From a virus, in IMG/VR virus record IMGVR_UViG_3300017963_005353, positions 19,526 through 83,525 of that record: a stretch of DNA of 64,000 bases. The stretch is one strand, 5' to 3'. The translations under genes and the position numbers were made by a program. The notes beneath the pieces are model-generated. The model saw nothing but the letters and a program-made list of their open reading frames with translations. It had not been told where the DNA came from and ran no database searches. Shown one piece after another: positions 55,717 to 64,000 of this stretch. Every line of letters starts with the position of its first letter. Position 1 is the stretch's first letter.

Positions 55717-56016
55717 CTAGTCGCTGCCCTCGGCACGGGCCAGGGCAGCGAGGGCTTTGTCTCGGACCTGCCGCGCTCGCTCTGAGTGCTCATCTTGAAT
55801 ATTTGCCCAAGCCAGCAAGATTTTCAGCGCCCCCGCCAGCTCGTCCGCTTGGCGGCGGAGGGTGGTGAGTTGCTGGCTATGATTACCATTAAGGAAGTGG
55901 ATGCGCTCCGCCGCTTCAGCAGGTCTGTCGTGGTCACTGTCTGTTATCCACCTACCATCGGGGGTATAAAAGCCCACCGTCCACAAACTCGGTTCACTCT
56001 GTCTATAAACGTACAT
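55717..56016 (-). CDS. hypothetical phage protein
   Basis: MYVY..SEP.LWTVGFY.PDG.W...SDH...FLNG, a recurrent phage small-protein motif. Confidence 0.6.
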   Translation of the reverse strand: MYVYRQSEPSLWTVGFYTPDGRWITDSDHDRPAEAAERIHFLNGNHSQQLTTLRRQADELAGALKILLAWANIQDEHSERARQVRDKALAALARAEGSD

Positions 56017-56222
56017 CACTCTCCCTCCTGTTCCCTGTAGCAATCAGGGCAGAGATAGGTTGATACGTATGCCAGGCCATTCCACCGGACGCTGACCTGG
56101 AATCCTGCCTCCTCTGCCAAGGTTATGGCCTCTTGCCTGATCGTGCTGCCCGGGGCGGTGTTTCCACATTCGTCACAGATGACTTGGTAGAATTTGGCTG
56201 TCGTGGATTTTTCGTCTATCAT
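56016..56222 (-). CDS. small Zn-finger protein
   Basis: CDECG...CPDC; AGGAGG RBS. Confidence 0.6.
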   Translation of the reverse strand: MIDEKSTTAKFYQVICDECGNTAPGSTIRQEAITLAEEAGFQVSVRWNGLAYVSTYLCPDCYREQEGE

Positions 56223-56274
56223 GGCAGGTTCCTCCTGGGGTGTCCCTCCCTGCGGGGAGGTCAATTCTGAGCTT

Positions 56275-56371
56275 GCTTTGCCACTCTTGCCCGCCCCGGA
56301 GCTTACCACGTTCGCTCCGGCTGCTCCTCTTTTGGTGTCGTGGTCGGGCTGGCGGGCAGGAAAGGCAAAGC
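56275..56371. ncRNA. candidate structured RNA with possible pseudoknot
   Basis: Long outer stem, inner 7-bp hairpin, loop ACCACG complementary to CGTGGT. Confidence 0.45.
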
Positions 56372-56427
56372 CCTTGCTGTTACCCATCCTGTGGGGCAAT
56401 CAGATTATAAATCTTGCTTCTTGGATA

Positions 56428-56805
56428 CTACCCGCGATCAACGTATTTCAGTGTCCATCCCTCGCTGACTAACCTATCGATGACTACTATTGTACCGTCT
56501 TCGCTATAACGAGAGATGCCGCGAATCTCGGCGCTGTCGTCCGAGTAGATCGTGCATTGCAACCGGGTGTGCTTGATCGCTTCGGTATATTGGCGCTCAA
56601 TTGCGGCCAGAACCTTTGCATCCCTAGCCGCCTTGTACGTTAGCCAATCCTGATCGTGGATGTGGCGATGCACACATTCACTGCCGTAGATACCGCCATC
56701 CTCGGTGTGGTACTCATAGCGCAAGGCGATGCCACAATCGTCGCAACTCTGGCCTCGCTTGCCTGAACCGTTGTCTATGATGGTAATAATCTTGGTCTTG
56801 GTCAT
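56428..56805 (-). CDS. hypothetical Zn-finger protein
   Basis: CDDCG...YGSEC; GAGGAGG RBS; own promoter. Confidence 0.6.
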   Translation of the reverse strand: MTKTKIITIIDNGSGKRGQSCDDCGIALRYEYHTEDGGIYGSECVHRHIHDQDWLTYKAARDAKVLAAIERQYTEAIKHTRLQCTIYSDDSAEIRGISRYSEDGTIVVIDRLVSEGWTLKYVDRG

Positions 56806-56826
56806 GGGGTTGCCTCCTCTAAACAG

Positions 56827-56855
56827 ATTATACCACAAAACTGCTCTTTTGTCAA
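56827..56855 (-). promoter_or_regulatory. sigma70-type promoter (leftward early)
   Basis: TTGACA-17-TATAAT with TGTGG. Confidence 0.85.
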
Positions 56856-56932
56856 GCAAAACAAGAGGCAAAAAGGGGATTGGTGTGGATTTCTAACCTT
56901 TTTCTAACCTTCTTATTGTGGGTCGGGAAAGG

Positions 56933-56961
56933 TTGACGGGGAGCCTGTTTTATGCTAAAAT
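56933..56961 (+). promoter_or_regulatory. sigma70-type promoter (rightward, packaging genes)
   Basis: TTGACG-17-TAAAAT with extended TG. Confidence 0.65.
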
Positions 56962-57026
56962 AGGGAGAACAGGTTTATTGCCGCCTGGGATGATACCACC
57001 ATACATACTACATAGGGGCTCAACAC

Positions 57027-57818
57027 ATGACCGAGCAATCGGCCCTTGCAGGAATCGATCCATCTCTTCTCGAGTTCAACGATCCTCCACAAATCCTGTG
57101 GGTCAGGGTACAAGATGCCATCAACCTGATCTGGCGCGACAACCCCAAACTCCACGACATTGGAGGGTTGTCCAGGAGCATGGTTGAGCACGGATACAAA
57201 GAGCCGGCCATATTCAGTGCCCGGCTCTTTAGGGTTACACAGGACGAGGCAGACGGCGAGCCCCAGGGGGCGTTCGTCGTGGGCAACGGGCGCATCGAGG
57301 CACTGACCCGACTGGAACGAGGTGGCGACGTTGACCTGCCCCGGGGACTGGCCGTCGAGCCTGAGACCGGCGCGTGGGTCGTGTGGATCATCGCCGGCAC
57401 CGATGCCAAGAGCCAGGCCATGGCTCAGGCGTATGGCGTGGACTCGAACTTGCTGGGCATGATGGGCGGCTCGATGTCGCATGTGGACATGTCTCGGGTA
57501 TGGGACGAGCGGGCATACCTTCGACTGCTGGACGACCTGGCCCGCCAGGATGCCCTACCAGTCTCGATGGACGGGGACGATTACGAGTTGCTCAAGGCGG
57601 TGCTAGAGGGAGAACTACCCGGCCAGGGCAGCACAACGGATCAATCTGGCTCGCAAGACCCATGGCCTGAGATCAGGCTGCGGGTTGACCCGGAGACGTT
57701 CGTGCTCTATACCCGGCTGATGGGACAGGCCGAGGGTGCAGACGAGGTTGCTCAATTTCGCAACGTTTTGCTCCTGGCGAAAGACTACCTGGAGCAAATG
57801 GAAGGTGCGAAACCGTAA
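57027..57818 (+). CDS. ParB/Srx-like protein upstream of the terminase
   Basis: NPKLHD..L..S..EHGY..P; VVGNGRIEAL; A...DSN. Confidence 0.7.
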   Translation: MTEQSALAGIDPSLLEFNDPPQILWVRVQDAINLIWRDNPKLHDIGGLSRSMVEHGYKEPAIFSARLFRVTQDEADGEPQGAFVVGNGRIEALTRLERGGDVDLPRGLAVEPETGAWVVWIIAGTDAKSQAMAQAYGVDSNLLGMMGGSMSHVDMSRVWDERAYLRLLDDLARQDALPVSMDGDDYELLKAVLEGELPGQGSTTDQSGSQDPWPEIRLRVDPETFVLYTRLMGQAEGADEVAQFRNVLLLAKDYLEQMEGAKP

Positions 57819-58021
57819 GATAATCGGGGCCGAAAAACGCGCCCTGTAATCGTTTCTGCCAGCGAATTTGTTTTATTCTCTCGAACAGAAAAGGCGCACA
57901 AAAATGCCTTAAATCCATCCTTGCACCACAACAGGTAGTGGTGGGCGGGAGTTGAGGCACAAGGCTGCGCTGAAAATATCCCTTGAGAGCCGCTGGACGG
58001 CCATAGCGTTAGGAGGATTTT

Positions 58022-58402
58022 ATGGCTGACCAGCCGGACCTGCAATACAAGAGGGAGTTCCAAAACGCGGGAGTGCTCACATCACGGATGCCGTGGGAGG
58101 GCATTGGCTCCAGCACGATCACCGTCAGCGGAACGGCCACGTCTATCACCGCTACGGCCTTTGGCTGGACGGGCACCATGGTGGCCGATGCCCAGGTCGT
58201 CGCTTTGTCGTGTGCCAACACGGGCACCAGCGCCGGCGTGCGGTTTTTCTGGGACGGCAGTGTGCCCACCCAGATGAATGGCCATCTCGTCATGAACGAC
58301 GAGAAACCGTTCTACCTGTATGGCGTGATCAACATCGAGCGCCTGCAATTCATCAGCGAGGATGGATCGCCCGTGGCATTGACCGTCACACTGGAGCGGT
58401 AG
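58022..58402 (+). CDS. hypothetical beta-rich protein
   Basis: AGGAGG RBS; VRFFWDGSVPT..NG. Confidence 0.6.
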   Translation: MADQPDLQYKREFQNAGVLTSRMPWEGIGSSTITVSGTATSITATAFGWTGTMVADAQVVALSCANTGTSAGVRFFWDGSVPTQMNGHLVMNDEKPFYLYGVINIERLQFISEDGSPVALTVTLER

Positions 58403-58406
58403 CACG

Positions 58407-59141
58407 ATGACCGAGAAAGCTGAGAGTTTCAAATGGGATGCCAACGAACCGCTTGGACGGGCGGCGGGTGAACGGGCCAAGACCAACCGGGCGCTCAATG
58501 ATTACTACCTGATGGGCGCTGGTCGGTCGATCCGTAAGCTGTGCGCTCTCTATAGAGAACGGTATCAGGCCGCAATCGAGGGGGAATCGAAAACGGGCTT
58601 TCCGCCCACGCGCCGGTTGACCACGCTGTTGAATTGGTCGAGACATTTTCACTGGCAGGAACGCGTCAAGGCGGCCATGGCCCAGGCCGATGCAGAGCGC
58701 CGGCGCATACGACTTGAGCGACAGGCCGAGGTAGACGAGGCCGATTGGGCGACGGGTGAGGAACTCCGGGAACTGGCCCAACAGATATTGGCCGAGGGAC
58801 CCAAGTACCTCAAGACGACGCGCCGGTTGGTCAAGGGGCAGCAGGAGATCGTCACCGGGGCGGACGGCAAGCAATACGTTGTGCAAAAAGAGCCCGACCG
58901 GGAGATCATCACCGTGGCCCTCAACGCCCCGGTCGCCATCCGGGCGGCCAAGCTTGCCAGCGACCTACAGCGGGCCGCAGCCGGTACCACCGGGCGGGAC
59001 AGGCATGAGACGTGGAACGTGGACTTGTCCACATTGACGACCGACCAGCTTACCCGTCTCGCCGCTGGAGAGGATTTGATCAATGTGCTCCTTGCGGCTG
59101 GCAGCGGCAGCGGAACTGGAGCGCCGGCAGAGGATAGCTGA
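58407..59141 (+). CDS. terminase small subunit (putative)
   Basis: GAGRS..KL, WS..F.W.ER; DLSTLTTDQL tail; directly upstream of terL. Confidence 0.7.
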   Translation: MTEKAESFKWDANEPLGRAAGERAKTNRALNDYYLMGAGRSIRKLCALYRERYQAAIEGESKTGFPPTRRLTTLLNWSRHFHWQERVKAAMAQADAERRRIRLERQAEVDEADWATGEELRELAQQILAEGPKYLKTTRRLVKGQQEIVTGADGKQYVVQKEPDREIITVALNAPVAIRAAKLASDLQRAAAGTTGRDRHETWNVDLSTLTTDQLTRLAAGEDLINVLLAAGSGSGTGAPAEDS

Positions 59142-60714
59142 TCGCCCAGAGCTTGACCTGCGAACCTACCAGCACGACCCGGTGGGTTTTGCAGAAGAGG
59201 TCCTGGGCTCCGAATTGACAGATGATGTCAAGACCATTCTTGTCAGCGTGCGCGATGCACAGGTTACCGTCGCGCAATCTGCGACAGACGTGGGCAAGAC
59301 CCATGGGGCGGCGCACGCTGCGATTTGGTTTTACAAGGTCTTTCCAGACAGCCAGGTTTTTACTGCGGCGGCCCCGCCGCTGCCAAACCTCCGACGGTTG
59401 CTATGGGGTGAGATTGGGAAGATCGTCAGGGCACGGCCGGCGCTGTTCGCCAATGATGTGTTGAGGATCATGAACATCGCGCCGCCCATGCCGCAGGGAG
59501 TCGAGCCGAGCCATTTCGTGACCGGTCTCACCATCCCCTTGTCAGGGACGCCAGAGGAGCGGGAGGCGAAGTTCTCAGGAAAGCACGCGCCCCACATGCT
59601 TTTCATCGTGGACGAGGGCGATGCGGTGCCAGAGGAGATCTACAAGGGCATAGAGGGCTGCATGTCGGGCGGGCACGTTCGCCTGCTCATCATGCACAAC
59701 CCCAGGCGCAAGGCCGGCCCGGTGTACATCATGCAACGGGACAACCTGGCTAAAGTGGTGCAATTGTCTGCTTTTGACCACCCGAACGTCAAAACGGGGC
59801 GAAACGTGATACCGGGAGCCGTCTCAAGGGACGTGACAGTCAGGCGCGTCAATCTGTGGACCGACCCGCTTGCCGAGAGCGAGCGCCCAGACAATGAGTG
59901 TTTCAAGGTCCCTGATTTTCTGGCCGGTTGCACGGCGAACATGCCCGATGGGAGCCAATCGGAACCGCTGACGGCCGGCTGGCGACGGGTGCGGGTGGCT
60001 GCCTTTTGGTACATGGTGCTTGGGGTTTACCCGCCCCAGGCAGAGCAGCAACTCATCAGCGAATCGTGGGTCTCTGAGGCCCGGTCCAGGTGGGACATGT
60101 ACGTGGCCCGCCACGGGCGAAAGCCCCCCCAGGGAGTGAGGCCCATAGGCGGGCTCGACGTGGCGGAATTTGGCACGGATGAAAACTGCTATTGCGTCCG
60201 TTACGGGGGATGGGTGGCCCCCCTCGACAGGTGGTCGGGTCTCGACCCGGATGCGACGGCGATCCGGGCGACCAGGAAGCACCAGGAGATTGGCGCACAA
60301 GTGACTTTTGTGGACGCCCTGGGGGTCGGGGCCGGCGTTGCCCCAAGAATGAACCGGTTGGATCCTGATACAGAGGCTTATGGCGTCAAGGTCAGCGAGA
60401 GCCCAACCGAGCAGGCCAAAGACGTCCAGGAGATATATGGGGAGTTCGCTCAACTGCGGGACCAACTTTACTGGCGCGTCCGTGAGTGGCTCCGCACCGA
60501 CCCAGGGGCGATGCTCCCACCCGACGACAGGCTGACCGAATCGCTGACCTGTCCGACCTATGAGACCGATTCAAAAGGCCGGATCAAGGTCAGCAAGAAA
60601 GCGGATATGCGGGAGATGTTGGGCCGGTCGCCCGATGACTTGGACGCGCTGGCGTTGACGTTTGCCGATGTGTCAGATCGGCAGTGGCGAGACATTGAGT
60701 TTATCCGGTATTGA
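59083..60714 (+). CDS. terL: terminase large subunit
   Basis: SATDVGKTH Walker A, IVDEG Walker B, GLDVAEFGTD and SPDDLDALAL nuclease motifs. Confidence 0.92.
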   Translation: MCSLRLAAAAELERRQRIADRPELDLRTYQHDPVGFAEEVLGSELTDDVKTILVSVRDAQVTVAQSATDVGKTHGAAHAAIWFYKVFPDSQVFTAAAPPLPNLRRLLWGEIGKIVRARPALFANDVLRIMNIAPPMPQGVEPSHFVTGLTIPLSGTPEEREAKFSGKHAPHMLFIVDEGDAVPEEIYKGIEGCMSGGHVRLLIMHNPRRKAGPVYIMQRDNLAKVVQLSAFDHPNVKTGRNVIPGAVSRDVTVRRVNLWTDPLAESERPDNECFKVPDFLAGCTANMPDGSQSEPLTAGWRRVRVAAFWYMVLGVYPPQAEQQLISESWVSEARSRWDMYVARHGRKPPQGVRPIGGLDVAEFGTDENCYCVRYGGWVAPLDRWSGLDPDATAIRATRKHQEIGAQVTFVDALGVGAGVAPRMNRLDPDTEAYGVKVSESPTEQAKDVQEIYGEFAQLRDQLYWRVREWLRTDPGAMLPPDDRLTESLTCPTYETDSKGRIKVSKKADMREMLGRSPDDLDALALTFADVSDRQWRDIEFIRY

Positions 60715-60718
60715 GCTT

Positions 60719-60988
60719 ATGACTGCCCTTTTTGTCCAATCCCTGGCAACCTGGAGACTGACCGCCTTGCTGGTCTACGAGGATGGGCCGACCGGCGTGT
60801 TTCACGCCTTGAGAGCGGCGAGCGAGACGGTGAACGGGCCGTTGCACTGTTTTTGGTGCACGAGCGTCTGGGCTGCGGCTGTGATCGTGTTGGTTGTTCG
60901 CAAGCCTTCCCTGACCTTGTGGCTTGCGCTGTCTGCGGTCGCCATCTTTCTCGAAGAGGCAAAAACGCGGCTCGTTTCGCCTTATTAG
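60719..60988 (+). CDS. DUF1360-like membrane protein
   Basis: LATWRLT.L...D.P; CFWCTSVW. Confidence 0.7.
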   Translation: MTALFVQSLATWRLTALLVYEDGPTGVFHALRAASETVNGPLHCFWCTSVWAAAVIVLVVRKPSLTLWLALSAVAIFLEEAKTRLVSPY

Positions 60989-61000
60989 GAGGTCATCGCT

Positions 61001-63577
61001 ATGGCCGAACCCAAGCAAAAATCCCTCACCGTACCGCCCTTTCTCGTGCGGTTTGTTCCCCAATGGCAGACCCCTTTGTGGCTGGAGGCCGAGCGGTGGC
61101 GCAACGTGGTCAGGAATCAGCCCATCGCCATGGACGCCCGGAGCGCGATCGTCACCGACCTGGTGACCACGCCCTGGGAGGTGCGGGCCAAGCAGCCTGG
61201 TGAGCAGGAGAAGCATCAGGCGGCCATAGACTATTACACCGAAGAAGTGTTGAACGACATTGACATGCTGTTCGACACGAAACTGGAGAAAGTGACAGAG
61301 GACCTGCTTGACCTGCCCATCGGCGGCAACGCCGAGTTGGTCAGGTGGCAGCCGGGCAACGATCCCCTCGGTTTCGAGCCCCATCCCCTGGGGCACGTCC
61401 ATCGCATAGTGCCCGTGGATGGGGCAAGCCTCTTTCCGACATATGATCCGCAATTCCCCATGGGGCAGCGCATCAAAGGCGACCCTGTGCGCGTCGTCTA
61501 TTTTGGCCCATCCGAGATGATGCACATGATCCTTGAGGCCCGCCCAGAACTCCAGCGCAAGGGCTATGGCATGGCCCCTCCAGAGCGCATATACCTGGCG
61601 ATGGTACTCCTGTCCCGGGGTGACACCTACTATGCCAACCTCTTGCTCGACACGCCGGAGGCAGGTGTCCTTGACCTGATGGACATGAGCAAGAAGGCGG
61701 CGACCGAGTGGGTGCAGACGTTCCGGACGTTGCTCCAGGGCGTGGATCCGCAGAAGATTGGCATCCTGTACGAGCACGAAAACGCGGCAAACTACATCGC
61801 CTTTGGCCGGCCGCCGACCGAGATGATGTATGACACGACCACGCTCAAGTATGCCCGTGTCGCAGTGTCCGCCTACGGCCTATCGCTGGTAGATGTCAAC
61901 CTGGAGCCTGGCGGGGAGACGCTGGCCGGCGAGATCCGCAAGGAGCAAAAAGCCCGTCGCACCGGTTACGCCCTGGTGAAAGAGAAATGGGCGACATACC
62001 TCAATCGCCTGGTGCTCCCGCCCTACCTACAATTCGTCTGGCTGGAAAAGAGCGAAGAGGCCAGCGTTTTGAAGTACCGGGCGCTGCTATTCGCCTCCAA
62101 TGCCTTCAAGAACCTGGTGGGTTCCAGGATCATGACCCAGGAGGACGCGCTTGAGCAGTTGAAACAGGACGGGCTGGTGACCGTGGAAGCGGAAACCCCG
62201 GATGAGCCTGAGCCGTTGCCTGCGCCGGCGTTTCCCTTTGGCGGGGGTGGGAACCAGGGCCAGCAGGACAAGGTGCCTCCTGAAGAGGGTGGGCACGGGG
62301 AGATGACGGGCCAGGAGACAGGACCTATGGGCAGGGCCGAAACAGACCCGGAAACGGGCGAGGACAAAAAGCCTGTGGTCGCCGGAGATGAGCGGGTCTC
62401 CTCTGTTCCTGAGCGTTCGCCCACTTTCGGCCAGTTGCAGTCCATCATGACCAACGCCTTTGCCGAGGTCTCGCAGGCGGCCGGCGACCCGCAGATCCTC
62501 CGGTTGGTCAAGGCGACGACCCGGGAACTGTTCCCGACCGTGGAGCGGGCGGCCATCGCCCTGAGCGATTATGAGCTCGGCTTTTGGCGCGAACAGCGGT
62601 TGCTCATGTGGTTCAGCGAGCCAAGCGCGTTTGATGACCTGGTGGAGCTTGCCAACAGTGTCCAGTGCGAGTGCCTGGATTGCGGGACTGTCATCGAGTT
62701 GAAAGAAGGGGAGCGCTGCAACGAGACGCCTTGTCCCGATTGCGGGGGCGAGATGAGGCGCAAAGACGGCCCGAGCGTGGGCAGGGCCGCCGCCGTCTTA
62801 CGGGCCGACCAAAGCACGCTCGACCTGTTGGACGAGATGCTCCTGGCCGACCAGTGGTGGACGATGCCGGAGGGCCTGGACGAGCAGTTGTTCTATGTCC
62901 TGACGGAGGCGTTCAGCGAGGGCGCGGCCTGGGCCGGCGAGGAGGCCATGGAGTATCTGTACACCGAGGGGCTTGGGCCGGCACCCATAGGCATTGGGAT
63001 CAACTTCAAGCTGACCAACCCCACCACATTGAGCCGGTTGGAGCAATATTCTGCCCAGCTTGTGACGCGCATCAACGATGGCACGCGGTACTATCTCAAG
63101 CGGATGCTCGTCAGTGGTGTGGAGGAGGGCCTGTCCAGTCCCGGTATCGCCCAGATGATCCGGGACGGGGAGGACGTGGAGGCCGTGCTCAGGGAGGCCG
63201 GGTTCACCGACAAGGTGATCCAACGGGTCAAGAACGAGATCCTGGGCATGAGCGAATACCGCACAAACTCCATCGTCAACACGGAGATCGCCAAGGCAGA
63301 GACAGAGGGGCGCGTAAAGCAGTGGCGGCAGATGGGGCTCACGAAAAAGCGGTGGGTCCACACCGGCTCGACCGGCGCCGACTGTCCCTGCCCGGTTTGC
63401 TCGACGAACATCGAGTATGGGTTCGTGGACATCGATTACCTATTCGACAGCGTGTTTGGGGACGCCAGTATCGAAGGGCCGCCGGCGCACCCGACTGTGT
63501 GCCACTGCCACATCGAGTTTAGCGAAAAGGAACTGGTAGGCAATGCGGAAGATTTGAATGTGTGGATGGGGGAATGA
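61001..63577 (+). CDS. portal protein fused to a head-morphogenesis (Mu gpF / SPP1 gp7-like) domain
   Basis: Portal-like N-terminal ~400 aa (GYGMAPPE, P.GVL); C-terminal IVNTEIAKA, KKRW, CPVC, PPAHP.CHC; internal Zn ribbon. Confidence 0.8.
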   Translation: MAEPKQKSLTVPPFLVRFVPQWQTPLWLEAERWRNVVRNQPIAMDARSAIVTDLVTTPWEVRAKQPGEQEKHQAAIDYYTEEVLNDIDMLFDTKLEKVTEDLLDLPIGGNAELVRWQPGNDPLGFEPHPLGHVHRIVPVDGASLFPTYDPQFPMGQRIKGDPVRVVYFGPSEMMHMILEARPELQRKGYGMAPPERIYLAMVLLSRGDTYYANLLLDTPEAGVLDLMDMSKKAATEWVQTFRTLLQGVDPQKIGILYEHENAANYIAFGRPPTEMMYDTTTLKYARVAVSAYGLSLVDVNLEPGGETLAGEIRKEQKARRTGYALVKEKWATYLNRLVLPPYLQFVWLEKSEEASVLKYRALLFASNAFKNLVGSRIMTQEDALEQLKQDGLVTVEAETPDEPEPLPAPAFPFGGGGNQGQQDKVPPEEGGHGEMTGQETGPMGRAETDPETGEDKKPVVAGDERVSSVPERSPTFGQLQSIMTNAFAEVSQAAGDPQILRLVKATTRELFPTVERAAIALSDYELGFWREQRLLMWFSEPSAFDDLVELANSVQCECLDCGTVIELKEGERCNETPCPDCGGEMRRKDGPSVGRAAAVLRADQSTLDLLDEMLLADQWWTMPEGLDEQLFYVLTEAFSEGAAWAGEEAMEYLYTEGLGPAPIGIGINFKLTNPTTLSRLEQYSAQLVTRINDGTRYYLKRMLVSGVEEGLSSPGIAQMIRDGEDVEAVLREAGFTDKVIQRVKNEILGMSEYRTNSIVNTEIAKAETEGRVKQWRQMGLTKKRWVHTGSTGADCPCPVCSTNIEYGFVDIDYLFDSVFGDASIEGPPAHPTVCHCHIEFSEKELVGNAEDLNVWMGE

Positions 63578-63579
63578 CC

Positions 63580-63771
63580 ATGGATTCTTGCCCTCCCGCC
63601 TGGCTCGAGCGTCTCCGGCGTCGTCTGGAGCACTTGACACCCGGGCGATATTTTGCTATAATAGAGGTCAAGAAACGGGGCGTTATCTACACCCTTTCCC
63701 TGTGGACCCCTGCCAAGGTCGAAGTATTGGACAAGGAGAGCGATTCCTCGACCCCTGATGACGCCCCGTAA
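63580..63771 (+). CDS. small hypothetical protein
   Basis: ATG just after the portal stop. Confidence 0.45.
   Translation: MDSCPPAWLERLRRRLEHLTPGRYFAIIEVKKRGVIYTLSLWTPAKVEVLDKESDSSTPDDAP
63634..63662 (+). promoter_or_regulatory. sigma70-type promoter
   Basis: TTGACA-17-TATAAT with extended TG. Confidence 0.8.
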
Positions 63772-63840
63772 CACAAAACTCCATATCGCACCCGCCTAGC
63801 AGCGGGGAGGCGCACAGGAACTTGCTTGACAAGGGAACAC

Positions 63841-63874
63841 GGCGCAAACGAGATGGCTCGTTTGCGCCTTTTTT
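63841..63874 (+). terminator. intrinsic terminator
   Basis: Perfect 12-bp stem GGCGCAAACGAG/CTCGTTTGCGCC followed by T6. Confidence 0.85.
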
Positions 63875-63916
63875 ATCCACCACCGACAGCGCAAGCTGCA
63901 AAGGAGAACGGACCGC

Positions 63917-64000
63917 ATGGCGAAGAAAAAGTCAGAACCCTATATCCGCGTCGTGGTTCGCAGGCTCGCCGGCGCCTCCATTCCGGGGGCAGATCCAGAA
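63917..64000 (+). CDS. 5' end of the next head-module gene (truncated)
   Basis: AAGGAG RBS, ATG 63917, open to the window end. Confidence 0.5.
   Translation, partial: MAKKKSEPYIRVVVRRLAGASIPGADPE

Larger units (their letters stand above)
1..64000. mobile_element. tailed bacteriophage genome segment (siphovirus-like)
   Basis: Tape measure, tail, terminase, portal and replication genes; no host housekeeping operons. Confidence 0.95.

Noticed and set aside
1-64000. tRNA/rRNA genes or stop-codon reassignment
   Set aside because: No cloverleaf or T-loop signatures were found by eye; genes end normally at TAA, TAG and TGA with dense coding under the standard code.

Overview
The whole window is a tailed dsDNA phage genome (GC-rich, standard genetic code). 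It runs without a break from the tail module (tape measure, large minor tail protein, tail fibre) through holin-like genes, a ~19 kb sugar/cyclitol biosynthesis and tailoring cassette, and an AT-richer SNF2/GNAT/IbrA-IbrB island. It then continues through a membrane-protein operon, a lambda-style replication module (initiator with internal iterons, DnaC-like loader, Dam-like MTase, DnaN clamp), small early genes with a Cro/CI-like regulator, and finally ParB-like, terminase and portal-gpF genes. No integrase, endolysin, tRNA or CRISPR array was recognised. Several protein motifs point to a Chloroflexota (Anaerolineae-like) host; this is inference. The most notable items are: (1) a near-complete phage-borne pathway for an unusual activated cyclitol or sugar, with glycosyl-, methyl-, carbamoyl- and sulfotransferase-like tailoring enzymes; (2) a five-gene island pairing a SNF2 helicase with a catalytically dead paralog, a GNAT and IbrA/IbrB; (3) several promoter-linked structured non-coding elements, including interleaved ~28-nt inverted repeats in front of the replication operon and a ~70-nt sRNA candidate. 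All calls come from reading motifs by eye; no database searches were run.
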